Positions 62,460-64,000 of a stretch of DNA of 64,000 nt are shown piece by piece. This stretch comes from Okamejei kenojei (Eukaryota): positions 56,048,001-56,112,000 of the forward strand of contig CM069133.1 of NCBI GenBank assembly GCA_035221665.1, written 5' to 3'. A program made the translations under genes and the position numbers. How positions within the stretch are numbered: position 1 is the stretch's first letter; each line of letters starts with the position of its first letter. The notes below the pieces were generated by a model. It made no database searches and was not told the DNA's origin. It saw only the letters and a program-made list of their open reading frames with translations.

Positions 62460-63545
62460 TTTCTTTTTTTTAATTTTCTTTATTAGAAGTAATGTACATT
62501 ACAATGATATGCCAAAAATAACATAATACATTTCCTGTACCACTTCTTATTTTAAACTTTAGGAAGAAGGAGAATAAGAAAAAGAATAGAGAGAGTTAGA
62601 TAGAATAGTAAGTGTGTGAGAGAGTGATCAGGAAGAACCCGTAGAAGCGTAAGACACAAGAAAGACTGAAAAAGAAAACCAAAGGAAAAGAAAGAGAAAA
62701 AATAGAAGACATAAAATATGAGAAAGTAAAATAAGCTAAGATAAAAGGGATGTACCTACTTCGTATCTTTACACATCCCTCACCAGGTCCTGATACCATT
62801 TATTTTCAGTTGTGTTGCACCCTATGCTTGTAATAAGTCGATAAATGGAGACCAAATCTTTTGGAAATGATCAGATTTGCCTGCTATGAGGAATCTTCTC
62901 GGTGTAACATTTTGGACATATTTGAAATCCACATTTTTATCGTTGGTGTGGGAGCGTTTTTCCAGAATTTAAGTATATGTTTTTTTGCCATAATTAAGGA
63001 AGCTCTTTTGGAATGAAGTCAGCTCAAAGCTGGCTTCCATTGTTCCAAATATAATCAATTCTGCATTCGGTTTCAATTTTATTTTGAATACTTTTGTAAA
63101 AATTTCAAAGATTTCATTCCAGAATTTTTGGATTTTTATGCAAAAAACTAAGGAATGTGCTATGGTTGCTTCTTGGGATAGACATTTATCACAAATTGCG
63201 GAGACATTTGGAAAACATTTACTTATTTTAGGTTTTGAATAATATAGTCTATGTAAGGTTTTAAATTAGATTAAAATATGTCTTACATTGATCGAGCATT
63301 TGTGCACATAGAGCAAGTGTTTATCCCAACTCTCTTTCGAGATTTTTATAGCTAGTTCTTGTTCCCAATCTCTTCTAATTCTATCAGATGATGGTATTTC
63401 TATATTTAGGATAATATTATACAAGTATGATATTAAATTAGTTGAATCCGCCTTTATATTCTTTGCTTCGTCTAATAAGTCTGGAGACAAATTTTGATAT
63501 TCTTGTGTATTTTTTTCAAGTAAGCACGAATTTTCCTTTACTTCC
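62460..63545 (-). mobile_element. L1/Tx1-like 3' portion
   Basis: WEQELAIKISKESWDKHLLYVHKCSINVRHILI; CDKC knuckle near 63190; poly-T end. Confidence 0.8.
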
Positions 63546-63579
63546 TGAGGAGGCTCAAAAAAGCCCACCTGTCCCGCCA

Positions 63580-63990
63580 GATCCTGACCAACTTTTACCG
63601 CTATACCATCGAAAGCATCCTGACCACCTGCTTTACGGTATGGTACAGTAGTTGCACCGTAGCAGATAGGAAGGCACTACAACGGGTGGTGAAAACTGCC
63701 CAGTACATCATCGGTGCCCCGCTCCCTGCCATGGATGCGCTCCACCGAAAACGGTGTCTGATACGGGCCGGGAAGATCATCAAAGACCCCTCCCACCCTA
63801 ACCATGGACTGTTTGCCCTGAACTCGGAGTCCCGCCGATAGATTTCTCCAGTCTCTCCGTCCACATTGTCTGCATTCTGTATTTATTTCTATATTGCTAT
63901 TACTACGAACTGACGCTAAACTGTATTTTGTTGTACCCATACTTGTATCTGTGCAATGACATTAAAGTTGAATTGAATTGAATTGATTGA
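63580..63990 (+). mobile_element. Rex1-like 3' fragment, (ATTGA)n tail
   Basis: FYR.TIESILT.CFTVWY, ALQRVVKTAQYIIG, IIKDPSHPNHGLF; ends attaaagttgaattgaattgaattg. Confidence 0.8.
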
Positions 63991-64000
63991 AAATATTTAA

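Overview
Eukaryotic, AT-rich, transposon-dense vertebrate DNA. The repeat content (HE1-like V-SINEs, CR1/HER1-type LINEs, Penelope-like termini) suggests a cartilaginous fish, probably a skate or ray (inference). The window appears to lie inside one minus-strand gene of the alpha7-type nicotinic acetylcholine receptor family, most like CHRNA8. Three exons are present with exact CHRNA7-family sizes, phases and GT-AG ends: 110 bp (42239-42348), 80 bp (20723-20802) and 168 bp (12902-13069); no other exons were found. The introns hold CR1, Rex1-like, L1/Tx1-like and Penelope-like retroelements, SINEs, a Passport-like Tc1, Harbinger-type MITEs, a hAT-like element with a 7-bp TSD, and Helitron-like elements. 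The most notable signals are: (1) many minimal hammerhead-ribozyme-like motifs, including a discrete 124-bp insertion with a 12-bp TSD, mostly antisense to the gene; (2) a full-length CR1 with tandem 81-bp 5' monomers, nested in an opposite-strand CR1, nested in a Helitron; (3) unusual residues in the receptor ectodomain. There are two assembly gaps. Family names and reference comparisons come from recalled sequences, not database searches, and most TE boundaries are approximate.
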